From Pseudobdellovibrionaceae bacterium (lineage in GTDB: Bacteria; Bdellovibrionota; Bdellovibrionia; Bdellovibrionales; Bdellovibrionaceae): a DNA stretch of 64,000 nucleotides. Under the pieces are notes generated by a model, which ran no database searches, was not told where the DNA came from, and saw only the letters and a list, made by a program, of their open reading frames with translations. The stretch is taken from the NCBI GenBank assembly GCA_043720615.1, contig JAYSSI010000034.1, forward strand, positions 10,833-74,832, read 5' to 3'. Numbering within the stretch: position 1 is the stretch's first letter; each line of letters starts with the position of its first letter. This document shows, in pieces, positions 38,840-48,933 of this stretch. Both the position numbers and the translations under genes were made by a program.

Positions 38840-39691
38840 ATGGAGTCAAAAGTGAAGCTCGAACTAGAGACAAAACAGATTCTTATTATAGCTAGACGTC
38901 CAGAAGTCTATGCCAACCAGAGATTGGTCCAGGAGCTTCTTCAGAGGCAAGTCTCCCACCAAATCATGGATCCAGAAAGTAAAGTTTTACAACAAACAGC
39001 CCATAGCTTCAAAGTGGGTTTTTTAAGAATTGCTTCTTGGAGATTTCAAGAAGCCATGGAATGTTTGGTCCCCATTTCGAAAGTCATTCCTTTGGTCAAT
39101 ACTATAGCTAGCCTTCATTCTTCTCGAAATAAATGGCTTTCATTACAAATGTTATCAAAAAATAAAATTCCAACACCCCTCACACAAATGATTTCACGAG
39201 AAGACTTTGAATATATCGAGCTAGAATATCCCTTTGTTTTAAAAAATCTATTTTCTAGTCAAGGACTTGGTGTTCACCTTATTCAAAGCAAAATGGATTT
39301 GCAAAAAATTCTAGCTGAAAACAAAACCAGTGATCTTTTTATTGCGCAAGAATACATTAAACAGTGCCATGGACAAGATTTAAGAATATTTGTGACTTGC
39401 AAAGGTGATTCTTGGTCCATGCATCGCGCCAATGAAAACGGTGATTTCAGAAGTAATCTTAAAATGGGCGGCCTTGCTAATCAAGCTTCAGCGACTAAGG
39501 AAGAACTACAAATGGCTTTTTCAACTTTAGAAATTTTTGGCCTGGATTACGCAGGCGTCGACATCTTACAAACATCGCAAGGACCCTTGATGATTGACAT
39601 CAACCCTTGCCCAGGCTTTGAGGGGCTTGAGCAAATTCATGGGCCCCAAATTGCAGGTGCCCTGGTGGATTTAGTTTTATCTAAGATTTAA
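38840..39691 (+). CDS. RimK-family ATP-grasp ligase
   Basis: ...FVLKNLFSSQGLGVHLI...FIAQEYIKQCHGQDLRIFV...DFRSNLKMGG...GLDYAGVDILQTSQGPLMIDINPCPGFEGLE. Confidence 0.8.
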   Translation: MESKVKLELETKQILIIARRPEVYANQRLVQELLQRQVSHQIMDPESKVLQQTAHSFKVGFLRIASWRFQEAMECLVPISKVIPLVNTIASLHSSRNKWLSLQMLSKNKIPTPLTQMISREDFEYIELEYPFVLKNLFSSQGLGVHLIQSKMDLQKILAENKTSDLFIAQEYIKQCHGQDLRIFVTCKGDSWSMHRANENGDFRSNLKMGGLANQASATKEELQMAFSTLEIFGLDYAGVDILQTSQGPLMIDINPCPGFEGLEQIHGPQIAGALVDLVLSKI

Positions 39692-41030
39692 AAAATTTAT
39701 CGAAAATTATTTTTCTGCGATGATTAAAAATTCCAGAAATTTCCTTTTTTAATAGGGCTCCGGCAATGATCCATCCCATAAAGCCCATGGGTGATTTGTA
39801 GCGAACCCGATCGGTCATTAAAGTTCCTGGTCCCATTTTTTTAAAGTCATGCGTGTGATGCCATAACTTATAAGGACCCTTCAGCTGCTGATCAACAAAA
39901 TACTTTCCAGGCTCCCAATCTGCAATTTCAGTCCGCCATTGAACAGGAACACCTCGGATTTTTAGATTGTAATCAATCAATGTTCCTTTTTGAATTTGAG
40001 GCGTCGAAACTTTTTCGATTTTAAAACTTAAACTGGGAGGCGTGATGATTTCAAGATTTTCAGCCGCAGAAAAAAATGGAAATATCTCATCGACTTTTTT
40101 GGGAACGTACTGTTCAGAAAAAAAGATATCTTCGCCATTGCGCCAAGGTTGACAAATCTCGTTCAAAGTTTGCTGAAGATCCGTGTGCTGAAATTGAAAT
40201 TTCTCTTTCAGCAAACAAGCCGGCAAAACTTTTTGTGAACTTAAGATCACTTTGGCCATTTCACCAAACATGAATTTCAAAGCAATTTTTGGAACATTTA
40301 AACCTAAAGGTTTTTTTAAAGCGTTGGCTAAAGCTTTTGAGAAATCTTTATTCTTTACGGGCATTGGAGAAACGGCATTAAATAATCCCATTTTTTTATT
40401 TTTTAGGGCCCAAATAAATGCTTCACTCAAATCATCAATATGAATCCAGCTCATCCACTGCTGTCCCGTTCCGATGGCCCCGCCAACCCCAGCGCGAAAA
40501 GGAAAAAGCATTTTTTCTAAGGCTCCCCCGTGAGCTGAAAGGACCACACCAATTCGGAAAATCGTCAAATCAGTGCTGATTTTTGCCGCTTCAACTTCCC
40601 AATCCTTACAAACAATAGATAAAAAAGTCTCACCTTTAGCCGATTTTTCATCGAGTTCCTGATCACCAGCATCAGGATAAATTCCAATGGCTGAAGTCGA
40701 AATCAAATGAACTTTTTGATTTTTTAATGAGGTCTTTAAATTTTTTGTGCTGTTGATTCTAGATTCATAGATTTTTTTCTTACGATCTTCTGTCCAACGA
40801 CCATCGGCAACGGATTCACCTAATAAATGGATAACCGCATCGACCTTTGGTAAGTCTATAACAAAACTTTGGCTTAAATCGCCTTCGATCACTTCGGAGG
40901 GATAAGGAAGTTGCATCTTAGCTTTTTTTTGGTCTCGGCTGATAACAACGACGTCAAAGCCCTCAGCAACCAATTTTTTTCCAATTTCTTTACCTATTAA
41001 ACCTGTTCCACCAGTTAGTAAGACTTTCAT
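39681..41030 (-). CDS. Fusion of an NAD(P)-binding epimerase-like domain (YfcH/TIGR01777-type) with a C-terminal SRPBCC (cyclase/dehydrase-like) domain
   Basis: N-terminus MKVLLTGGTGLIGKEIGKKL. The C-terminal ~150 aa read ...IFPFFSAAENLEIITPPSLSFKI...GVPVQWRTEIADWEPGKYFVDQQLKGPYKLWHHTHDF. Confidence 0.65.
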   Translation of the reverse strand: MKVLLTGGTGLIGKEIGKKLVAEGFDVVVISRDQKKAKMQLPYPSEVIEGDLSQSFVIDLPKVDAVIHLLGESVADGRWTEDRKKKIYESRINSTKNLKTSLKNQKVHLISTSAIGIYPDAGDQELDEKSAKGETFLSIVCKDWEVEAAKISTDLTIFRIGVVLSAHGGALEKMLFPFRAGVGGAIGTGQQWMSWIHIDDLSEAFIWALKNKKMGLFNAVSPMPVKNKDFSKALANALKKPLGLNVPKIALKFMFGEMAKVILSSQKVLPACLLKEKFQFQHTDLQQTLNEICQPWRNGEDIFFSEQYVPKKVDEIFPFFSAAENLEIITPPSLSFKIEKVSTPQIQKGTLIDYNLKIRGVPVQWRTEIADWEPGKYFVDQQLKGPYKLWHHTHDFKKMGPGTLMTDRVRYKSPMGFMGWIIAGALLKKEISGIFNHRRKIIFDKFFKS

Positions 41031-41032
41031 TT

Positions 41033-42340
41033 TTATTTTCCTTTAAGCGCAATACGATAATATTCAAGAGCGCGCAGCCGAGCCGTCACATGTTCTACCA
41101 TAGGTTCAGGATACTGAGCTGTTCCCAGCTCTGGCACCCATTTTTTAATATATTTCATTTCGGAATCAAATTTTCCTATTTGAGTTGTTGGATTAAAGAC
41201 TCGGAAGTAAGGGGCCGCATCACAACCTGTTCCCGCCGCCCACTGCCAGTTACCATTATTAGCAGAAAGATCATAATCTAATAACTTTGTCGCAAAATAT
41301 CGTTCACCCTCGTACCAGTGTCTGAGGAGATGCTTTGTAAAAAAAGAGGCTACAATCATCCGTACACGGTTGTGCATATGACCTGTTTGATTCAGCTCTC
41401 TCATGCCTGCATCAACCAAAGGATATCCGGTTTGACCATCTCGCCATTTTTTAAATTCCGCCGGATCCGTGCGCCACTGAATTTTTTCGTATTGGGGTCT
41501 AAAAGATTTTTTTTCAACGTGCGGATAATGCCAAAGAATTTGCATAAAAAAATCACGCCAGATCAGTTCACTCAACCACAGATCGCTATGTTTTTGAGCG
41601 ATTCTTGCTAAGGCGCGGACACTGACAGTTCCAAACCTTAGATGCAGCCCTATTTTAGTCGTACCGTGATCTAAAGCAGGAAAATTTCTTTTTTCAGTAT
41701 AATTTTTTAGTGTCGCTAACGAAAAGTCCTTAGGAGGAAACGCGATAGACGATTTTTCAAAGCCTATGTCGGACAAGCTGACAAGACGTTCTGGCTTTTT
41801 AACTTGTAAAAAATGGCTTTGATTTTTTTCGCTGGGATAAGACTTGAGGTAAAAATCATTCAGCGTAGCTAATACTTTTTTCTTATAGGGAGTAAAGACG
41901 GTGTAGGGATTTCCAGTGCCCGATAAAATTTCATCCTTTTCAAAAAGACATTGATCCTTAAAAGTCTTAAAGGGAATTTTTTGCGCTCTCAGAAATTTTT
42001 CGATCTTATCATCTCGCGTTCTGGCGGCAGGCTCATAGTCGTGGTTGCAATAGACTGAATCTATAGAAAATTCTTTCACTAAGTCTTTCCAAATATTTTC
42101 ACATGAGCCATGCCGCACGATCAGGTCGCTACCTTGCTTTTGCATCTCAATTTTCATCTGTTGTAGCTCGCTATGGATAAATTCAACCCGAGCATCTTTT
42201 TTATCCAATTGCGACAGAATACTTGTATCAAAAATAAAAAGGGGCAGAACGTTTTCATGCTGTTTCAGAGCATGAAAAAGCCCAGCATTATCTTTAAAGC
42301 GTAAATCTCGACGTAACCAAAATAGGGTGACCTTTGACAT
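41033..42340 (-). CDS. Cryptochrome/photolyase-family protein (short, possibly Cry-DASH-like)
   Basis: LFWLRRDLRFKDNAGL...; the C-terminus has GYPLVDAGMRELNQTGHMHNRVRMIVASF...DYDLSANNGNWQWAAGTG.D.APYFRVFNP. Confidence 0.9.
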   Translation of the reverse strand: MSKVTLFWLRRDLRFKDNAGLFHALKQHENVLPLFIFDTSILSQLDKKDARVEFIHSELQQMKIEMQKQGSDLIVRHGSCENIWKDLVKEFSIDSVYCNHDYEPAARTRDDKIEKFLRAQKIPFKTFKDQCLFEKDEILSGTGNPYTVFTPYKKKVLATLNDFYLKSYPSEKNQSHFLQVKKPERLVSLSDIGFEKSSIAFPPKDFSLATLKNYTEKRNFPALDHGTTKIGLHLRFGTVSVRALARIAQKHSDLWLSELIWRDFFMQILWHYPHVEKKSFRPQYEKIQWRTDPAEFKKWRDGQTGYPLVDAGMRELNQTGHMHNRVRMIVASFFTKHLLRHWYEGERYFATKLLDYDLSANNGNWQWAAGTGCDAAPYFRVFNPTTQIGKFDSEMKYIKKWVPELGTAQYPEPMVEHVTARLRALEYYRIALKGK

Positions 42341-42432
42341 CGAAAAATTCTATCACATTTATCATATTATCTATAAAAAACATGTCGAAATCTTCCTTGC
42401 GGACTTCTTTGGAAGTATGGTCCAATTGAGGT

Positions 42433-44757
42433 ATGAGCCAATCTTTTAAAAAAAATTGGGAGACAAAAAGCCGGTACTCGACTCCCAGTATCACGTGGAA
42501 AAAATCTTTTTTATTAATGCTGTCTTGCTATTTTATTTTGACAGCCCTTTATTTTGGTGGTGGCTCAGAGTATATATATAATCAAATAGTCCATCCATTT
42601 GTATTTAGTCTTAGAAATCGATTCGGACTATTTCCTCAGTTGGATCCTCGTATTAAAATTTATGCCGTTGACCACAAAACAATGGCCGATATCGGAGTTG
42701 AAACTATTCCTGTCGAAGAATGGACTTTATTATTTAAAGCCCTGGCAAAGTCCCGTCCTCAGGCTATTTTTATTGATAAAACATTTCCACTTCCCATCAG
42801 TCGCGATCTGCAAGCCATGAAAGAACTTTCTGCTCAGATAGCCATGACCCGTCCCATTTCAGTAGGCGCTTTTTTTGTGTCGAATCCCATCAAGGGGTTC
42901 AGTGATATCAAGACAAGTCCAATCAACTTAGATACGAGTACTTTACCCTGGCTCAAAGAAACTCCAGGATTTTTTTATGGACCCGAGCCCCAACTCCTAA
43001 AGGCCTTTAGTCATATTGGTCATACCAATTACGAGGGTTTCGGTTATATCAAGCCGCTGATTATGACGAATGAACATCAGGTTATGCCATTTTGGAGTTT
43101 TAACTTGCCTGGGGTCTTATCGACGAGAGATGGCGTCCTGCAATTTAACTCCCACCCGATTCCGGTGAACTCAAAAGGGCAAATTCTAGTTAATCTAGCG
43201 CCGGCCGAAGAATACTGGAAGCGCACTCATAGCTTAGTCACCTCTCTGCAAAAAGCTCGAAAGGGTCTTGCTCTTGATGAGATCACTTCCAATGATATTG
43301 TTTTAATTCTTGCCGACATGGTCCAAGGCGCAACGGCGTTCAAAGTCACCCCATCAGGAACGATGCCCGGGGGATTTATTATGGCAGAAGTTGTGAATAG
43401 TGTTTTAGGAGGAACATGGCTAAAATCAGTCGGTGGCGAACTTATCTTAACCTTGGTGTTTTGTTTTCTAGGCATGATTTTAGCCGTCACCCTCAGTCCC
43501 TTGTACTTTGTTGGCTCTCTGCTTTTCTGGGAACTATTTTTAATCGGCCATGGAGGCGTTGGATTTTGTTTTTATAATTTACTCCTGCCCTGGGCTTTCC
43601 CAGCGATAGGACTGTTCAGCACCAGTCTTATAATTTACTCAGAACGAGTTCGTGCCTCAGAATTACGCTCAAGGCATTTACGCTTTTCATTGGAAGGAAT
43701 TATTGGACCCGATAAACTCAAATCTTTGCTTAATAAAAAAATCGCTTCTTGGTTAGAGCCAAGAAGCCAAGTTCTAACTGTGATGTTTATCGATATTGTT
43801 GGTTTTTCGATGACCGCGGAAGAGGAGAAACCTGAAGTCGTTTTTCGTCAACTACGAAGTCTTCTCGGTGAGATTTCTGATATTGTTCATGAATTTGGTG
43901 GCCTTGTTGATAAGTCGTTGGGCGATGGGTTACTCTGTTATTTCGGTTATCAATACGATGAACATATGACGAGTGATCATCTGCACGCGAGGCAAGCCTT
44001 GGACTGCGCGATACAAATTCAAAAGGCCGCGGTTCAGCGCAATTTAAGCAGTCCAATGACCACACCTTTTTTTCCGCTTCGAATCGGCATTAACACCGGG
44101 GATGTTTATATTGGAGATCTTGGCGGTACCCGTCGCATCGACTTTACCGTGATTGGACATAGTGTGAATTATGCTCAACGACTTGAGAGCGCTTGTGAAA
44201 TTTACCGAGTGATGATTGGTGCCGCAACATGGGACCTTCTAGACCTCAGCACGGAAATCGATAAAAGCTATACGAAAAAGAAAATTCCAATCAAATATCA
44301 TGAAGAGCTCGGCGAGGCTTACGAACACAACCCCCTCCAAGATAATCCTCAAACTCTGAATGAAGCCATGTCCCGCTTTCGCGATGCCGCCGGGTTAAAA
44401 CGAAACGAAGAGCGCTTCCCTGTGGATCCTTCTTTTGACTACAAATTTAAAACCAACCATGGCATTGGCGCGATTCTGGATTTTTCTCTCTCAGGAATTT
44501 CCATTCAGATGGATCATTATTTTGGCAAAGGTATTATTATGTCGTTTACGTTTTCATCCGCCGATGGAAAATTACAAATGCTTTGTGAAACCAATGGCAT
44601 TACCGCAGTAACAGGAGTGGTAAAATGGGGTCATCCCAATAAAGGCAGCTATCGACATGGAATTTTGTTTGCAAACCTCAGTGCCGACCAAAAAGAAAAA
44701 CTTTTAAGTAGCTTTAGAGCAGGTCAGAAAATTTCTACAAAAGTCTCCTACAAATGA
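42433..44757 (+). CDS. CHASE2-like sensor / TM region / class III adenylate(guanylate) cyclase / C-terminal PilZ domain fusion
   Basis: 774 aa. The cyclase core reads VLTVMFIDIVGFS...LVDKSLGDGLLCYFG...RIGINTGDVYIGDLGG...FTVIGHSVNYAQRLES. The PilZ signatures are RNEER (RxxxR, aa 656-660) and DFSLSG (DxSxxG, aa 683-688). TM helices lie around aa 330-405, after a ~300-aa periplasmic region. Confidence 0.8.
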   Translation: MSQSFKKNWETKSRYSTPSITWKKSFLLMLSCYFILTALYFGGGSEYIYNQIVHPFVFSLRNRFGLFPQLDPRIKIYAVDHKTMADIGVETIPVEEWTLLFKALAKSRPQAIFIDKTFPLPISRDLQAMKELSAQIAMTRPISVGAFFVSNPIKGFSDIKTSPINLDTSTLPWLKETPGFFYGPEPQLLKAFSHIGHTNYEGFGYIKPLIMTNEHQVMPFWSFNLPGVLSTRDGVLQFNSHPIPVNSKGQILVNLAPAEEYWKRTHSLVTSLQKARKGLALDEITSNDIVLILADMVQGATAFKVTPSGTMPGGFIMAEVVNSVLGGTWLKSVGGELILTLVFCFLGMILAVTLSPLYFVGSLLFWELFLIGHGGVGFCFYNLLLPWAFPAIGLFSTSLIIYSERVRASELRSRHLRFSLEGIIGPDKLKSLLNKKIASWLEPRSQVLTVMFIDIVGFSMTAEEEKPEVVFRQLRSLLGEISDIVHEFGGLVDKSLGDGLLCYFGYQYDEHMTSDHLHARQALDCAIQIQKAAVQRNLSSPMTTPFFPLRIGINTGDVYIGDLGGTRRIDFTVIGHSVNYAQRLESACEIYRVMIGAATWDLLDLSTEIDKSYTKKKIPIKYHEELGEAYEHNPLQDNPQTLNEAMSRFRDAAGLKRNEERFPVDPSFDYKFKTNHGIGAILDFSLSGISIQMDHYFGKGIIMSFTFSSADGKLQMLCETNGITAVTGVVKWGHPNKGSYRHGILFANLSADQKEKLLSSFRAGQKISTKVSYK

Positions 44758-45228
44758 TCACAATTCGCAGACTGGAAAATCGATATTAGTGTAACCCGGA
44801 CCCGTCATCACCGCGATCAATTCTTCTTGATTATAGACACTCGTAGGTAATTGAAAAGAAATTATTCCCTTTAATCGGTCGTCTACTTTGATGGGATAGG
44901 TAACTTTGCTTTCTTCTTCACCAACTCTTAAGTAACCAAATTTTGTAGGAATTCCTGGAGGATCATCGAGGTCCAAAACCAAACCTTCGACCGTTGTCAT
45001 CGTCATATCTGGCGATTTAGTCACTTTCGTAATCAAAATCCAAGGATAACTGCCAAGAGTGACAGGTGGTGGATCGGCAGGTTCAGACGTGGAAGCCGGT
45101 TCAGCACCTGAACTCCTTACCGAAAGTAAGGACGTCGACTCTTTGATGGAATCAAACTTGGGCGACGACTCCGAACAAGATAATAGGAATGATATTCCAA
45201 GCCATAAAACGTTCCGAATAAAATCCAT
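44758..45228 (-). CDS. Lipoprotein, hypothetical
   Basis: MDFIRNVLWLGISFLLSCSESS has a lipobox (LLSC). No domain recognised. Confidence 0.55.
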   Translation of the reverse strand: MDFIRNVLWLGISFLLSCSESSPKFDSIKESTSLLSVRSSGAEPASTSEPADPPPVTLGSYPWILITKVTKSPDMTMTTVEGLVLDLDDPPGIPTKFGYLRVGEEESKVTYPIKVDDRLKGIISFQLPTSVYNQEELIAVMTGPGYTNIDFPVCEL

Positions 45229-45670
45229 ACTTTCCCCTTTATGGTTCCCAGTAAGTTTTCTTAATCGTGCTACTTAACTTAAAAGTTCAGGTTTGAATCT
45301 CCTCTGATTCTCCTGTTGCTCCCCTGACCTTTTAAGCAGCAAAACTTCGACCAGCTCAATACGCTTTGAATCACCTTTCCACGCCACTTGAGTGTCTAAA
45401 GAATCACTCATTATTTGGCTCTTTTTGTTTTAATCTTTTAGTTTTCATGGAGATACGAACGCTGAACCAGATCTCATCAGACGACTATTGAGTAGACGTC
45501 TTAAAATGATACATCTAGTAACGTACTCGATGATTGACCGAGCTTTGTTGGAATTTAACATTCAAAGTTACATTGTCATCAACTCCAATACTCATATACT
45601 TAATACCAGTGAACTTAAAACTACCATATTACCAATATTCAAGATGTGTTAAGCTTGTTTTTTTTTAAAG

Positions 45671-47062
45671 GTGGACTGGATGCCAAAAAACAAACCCCTC
45701 GATCGTATCAAATCCTCTTTATTTTCAAGAAGTATGAGCCTAGCTAAGTTCTCTCTTAATGCGGGAGCAAAGCTGGCTGCGCAAGGCTTAACCACAGCTT
45801 TGCAATCCGATGCTATAAAAAATGAAAAGTGGCGAGGATTTATTTTAGATCAAGCTCAACTTTTGACCACTGAACTTGGTGAGCTTAAGGGCAGTCTTAT
45901 GAAAGCTGGCCAGATGCTTTCTATTTACGGCGAGCATTTTTTTCCACCAGAAGCCAATCAGTTTTTAAAAACTCTCCACCAAGATTCCCCGCCAGTAAAG
46001 TGGTCTGTGATGGATGAAACTTTAACTCGTCAATTAGGACCTGAAAAAAGAGCATTGCTGGACGTCGATCCTGTTTCTATTGGCACTGCCTCTTTAGGGC
46101 AAGTGCATAAAGCGCAAATTAAAAAAACCGGTGAATGGATTGCTTTAAAAATTCAATATCCCCATGTTGATAAAGCCATCGACAGCGACCTTCGAGCGAT
46201 TAAATCTTTTTTGTATGTCATTAAGATTTTGCCGAAAGATTTTAACACTGATTCCATTTTTAAAGAAATTCGAGGAATGCTGGTCCAAGAAACAGATTAT
46301 GAAATCGAAGCAAAACTGACCAACGAATACAGAGATCTTCTTGGCAAAGATGAGCGCTTCGTGATTCCGCAAGTTTATCCTGAGTTTTCAAATAAAAAGA
46401 TTTTAGCCACAAGCTTTGAATTGGGAGTTCGAGTCGATGATGAAAAAATTAAATCCTTACCACCCGCTCGACGCAACCAATTGGCTTTAAATTTCTTAGA
46501 TTTGTACTTTAAGGAAATTTTTGAATGGAATTTTGTCCAAACTGATCCTCATTTTGGAAATTACAAAATTCGTCTGTATAAAAATGGAAAAGATCAGCTG
46601 ATTCTTTTTGATTTTGGCGCTACTCGAAGATATTCGACAAAATTTATGAGTGCTTATCACGGTATGATTAAAGCCATCTTTAATAATGACCGCGAAAAAT
46701 TTGAAGTAGCGGCCATGAAGCTTGATTTTATTCATGAAAATGATTCTCCGGAATTAAAAGATATCTTTTCAGAGATGTGCCTTGGAATTGTAGAACCCTT
46801 TTTACATCCGTCAGATCCTAGAAATGAGAAAGGTTTGGTTTTAGAAGATGGCACTTATGACTGGAAAGAGACCGATCTTCCGCAAAGAAGTTCACAAAAA
46901 GTTTTTAAGATGATGAAACACTTTGTCTGGCGAACCCCGCCCCGAGAAATTATTTTTCTTGATCGCAAAGCTGCCGGTGTTTTTATTTTCTTAGGAAATC
47001 TAAAGGCCCGCATTAACGGTCGAGATCTTTTACAATCTTATATCGATAAAATTTCCTACTAA
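45671..47062 (+). CDS. ABC1/UbiB-family atypical kinase
   Basis: ...IGTASLGQVHKAQIKKTGEWIALKIQYP...; FVQTDPHFGNY...ILFDFGA. The start is GTG 45671 or ATG 45680. Confidence 0.85.
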   Translation: MDWMPKNKPLDRIKSSLFSRSMSLAKFSLNAGAKLAAQGLTTALQSDAIKNEKWRGFILDQAQLLTTELGELKGSLMKAGQMLSIYGEHFFPPEANQFLKTLHQDSPPVKWSVMDETLTRQLGPEKRALLDVDPVSIGTASLGQVHKAQIKKTGEWIALKIQYPHVDKAIDSDLRAIKSFLYVIKILPKDFNTDSIFKEIRGMLVQETDYEIEAKLTNEYRDLLGKDERFVIPQVYPEFSNKKILATSFELGVRVDDEKIKSLPPARRNQLALNFLDLYFKEIFEWNFVQTDPHFGNYKIRLYKNGKDQLILFDFGATRRYSTKFMSAYHGMIKAIFNNDREKFEVAAMKLDFIHENDSPELKDIFSEMCLGIVEPFLHPSDPRNEKGLVLEDGTYDWKETDLPQRSSQKVFKMMKHFVWRTPPREIIFLDRKAAGVFIFLGNLKARINGRDLLQSYIDKISY

Positions 47063-47967
47063 TGAAGAGGATCGACGCACTGGGTGCTCTGAAATTCAAT
47101 TTCTATGGTGGATTCCATAATGTTAAATTTTGAAGCCATTTTTTTAACGGCTTCTTTAACCGAATCTATTTGCTGATGCGTGACTGAGTCTTCTAATACT
47201 AAATGCGTCGTAAAGACATGCTTGTCACCATCAAGAGACCAAATATGAAAATGATGAATGCCTTTGACCAAGGGAATCAGCTGTATCTCTTGGATCAGTT
47301 TATCTTGATCAAGATGCAGAGGGTTTGCTTGCAAAAAAATTTGAAAAGCTTCTTTTAGATTTCTAAAAACATTGTACAAAATCCAGATTGAAAGAACGCA
47401 AGCTAAAGCCGCATCCAACTGCGGGACTTTCCAAAATAACATAACAGTGGCTGATATAAAAACCAGCACCCAGCCCATGACATCTTCTAGTAAATGCCAC
47501 ATCACCATACGTTCATTTAAAGAACGGCCTTTTGATACGCGATAAGCTGCAAATCCATTCACGGCCATCCCTAATAAAGCAAGGAGCAACATTCCAGGAA
47601 CATTTGGTTCCACGGGGTTGATCAAGCGAGGAATGGCTTCAATCACGATAAAAATAGAACCCATGATGAGGATCAATCCCGTACATATTGCAGCTAATGG
47701 TGAGTACCTGCGATAGCCATAGGAATATTTTTGATCTGATTTTTTATCTGACCATTTTTCTAAACCAATGGCCAAAAGTATGGCGACACAATCCCCGAAA
47801 TCATGCAAGGCATCTGACAAAATCGACACCGAATTGGTATAAAAACCACCGATAAGTTCAATGATAGCAAAAGCAAAGTTAAGAAAAAAGGCCAAAGTCA
47901 GTCTCTGAATTTTACTGTGACTGTGATCGTGATCATGGTCATGATTGTGATGGTGATGAGAACCCAT
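47059..47967 (-). CDS. Cation diffusion facilitator (CzcD/ZitB-type) transporter with a His-rich N-terminus
   Basis: MGSHHHHNHDHDHDHSHS...; SILSDALHDFGDC, HLLEDVMGW and a C-terminal cytoplasmic domain. Confidence 0.9.
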   Translation of the reverse strand: MGSHHHHNHDHDHDHSHSKIQRLTLAFFLNFAFAIIELIGGFYTNSVSILSDALHDFGDCVAILLAIGLEKWSDKKSDQKYSYGYRRYSPLAAICTGLILIMGSIFIVIEAIPRLINPVEPNVPGMLLLALLGMAVNGFAAYRVSKGRSLNERMVMWHLLEDVMGWVLVFISATVMLFWKVPQLDAALACVLSIWILYNVFRNLKEAFQIFLQANPLHLDQDKLIQEIQLIPLVKGIHHFHIWSLDGDKHVFTTHLVLEDSVTHQQIDSVKEAVKKMASKFNIMESTIEIEFQSTQCVDPLH

Positions 47968-48027
47968 GACTTAGCTTGAAGCTCGGCACTTTGACAGTCA
48001 ATCCCAAATGAAGTAGTTTCTGACCCC

Positions 48028-48933
48028 GTGACATCCCCAAAATTAAGACCCCTACTTTTGCTCACTGTTGCTTACACAATTTTAGTGATTTTATGGGGAG
48101 CATGGGTGCGAATTTCACATTCTGGCGATGGCTGTGGTGATACCTGGCCCCTTTGTCATGGACAATTAATTCCCAATGCTGAGCGCGGAAAAACCTGGGT
48201 TGAATACGCTCACCGGCTGATGTCAGGTCTTTATGGGATTTTGATTTTCTTTATCTTTTTCTGGTGTCGAAAACTTTTTCCTGATGATCATAGGTCGCGA
48301 AAATATGCAGGATGGCTTTTATTCTTTTGTATTTTTGAAGCCTTGCTGGGCGCAAACATTGTTATTTTTAAACTTGTGGGATCAAATGATACTTTTTTTA
48401 GAGCCCTCGTTATGGGAATTCATCAGGTTAACAGTCTACTTTTGACTGGTGTGGCGGCCTTACTGTTTTTAACTTCAAGTGAGGAATCTACCAGACCACC
48501 TTTGCACTTTCTGGGGTCTGCTTATTTAAAATATTTTTTATTTCTTTTAGTTTCTATGTTTGGCGCTTGGGCGGCTTTATCTTCAACTCTTTTCCCGTCA
48601 TCAGATTTAGCTGAGAGTTTAAGGAAAGAACTTACTGAGGGCGCGCCCCTGTTAATGCAGTTAAGGTCTTTGCATCCCATTCTGGCAATTTTTTTTGGAA
48701 TTTATATCTGCACTTGGCTTTATAAATCTTTTTCATCGGCTCAAGGGTTTTTAAAATCAGCTTATTTACAAACTTGTGCCCTTTGGACTTTAGCTTTGGT
48801 GGTGGGACTACTGACTCTGCTTTTAGGGTCACCAGTGACTTTAAAAATCATTCATCTCTTGATGGCTCATATTTTATGGATTTCTATTTTAAGACTTTTT
48901 TATCTTCGAGATCAATTCGGAATTAGATCATAA
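48028..48933 (+). CDS. COX15/CtaA-family protein (heme A synthase-like)
   Basis: WGAWVRISHSGDGCGDTWPLCHGQLIP...EYAHRLMSG and about 8 TM helices. GTG start. Confidence 0.7.
   Translation: MTSPKLRPLLLLTVAYTILVILWGAWVRISHSGDGCGDTWPLCHGQLIPNAERGKTWVEYAHRLMSGLYGILIFFIFFWCRKLFPDDHRSRKYAGWLLFFCIFEALLGANIVIFKLVGSNDTFFRALVMGIHQVNSLLLTGVAALLFLTSSEESTRPPLHFLGSAYLKYFLFLLVSMFGAWAALSSTLFPSSDLAESLRKELTEGAPLLMQLRSLHPILAIFFGIYICTWLYKSFSSAQGFLKSAYLQTCALWTLALVVGLLTLLLGSPVTLKIIHLLMAHILWISILRLFYLRDQFGIRS

Noticed and set aside
45229-45670. 440-bp divergent intergenic region with no ORF, considered as a possible ncRNA.
   Set aside because: I could find no convincing stem-loops, repeats or known RNA motifs by eye. 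It is most simply two divergent promoters. An Rfam scan would still be cheap.
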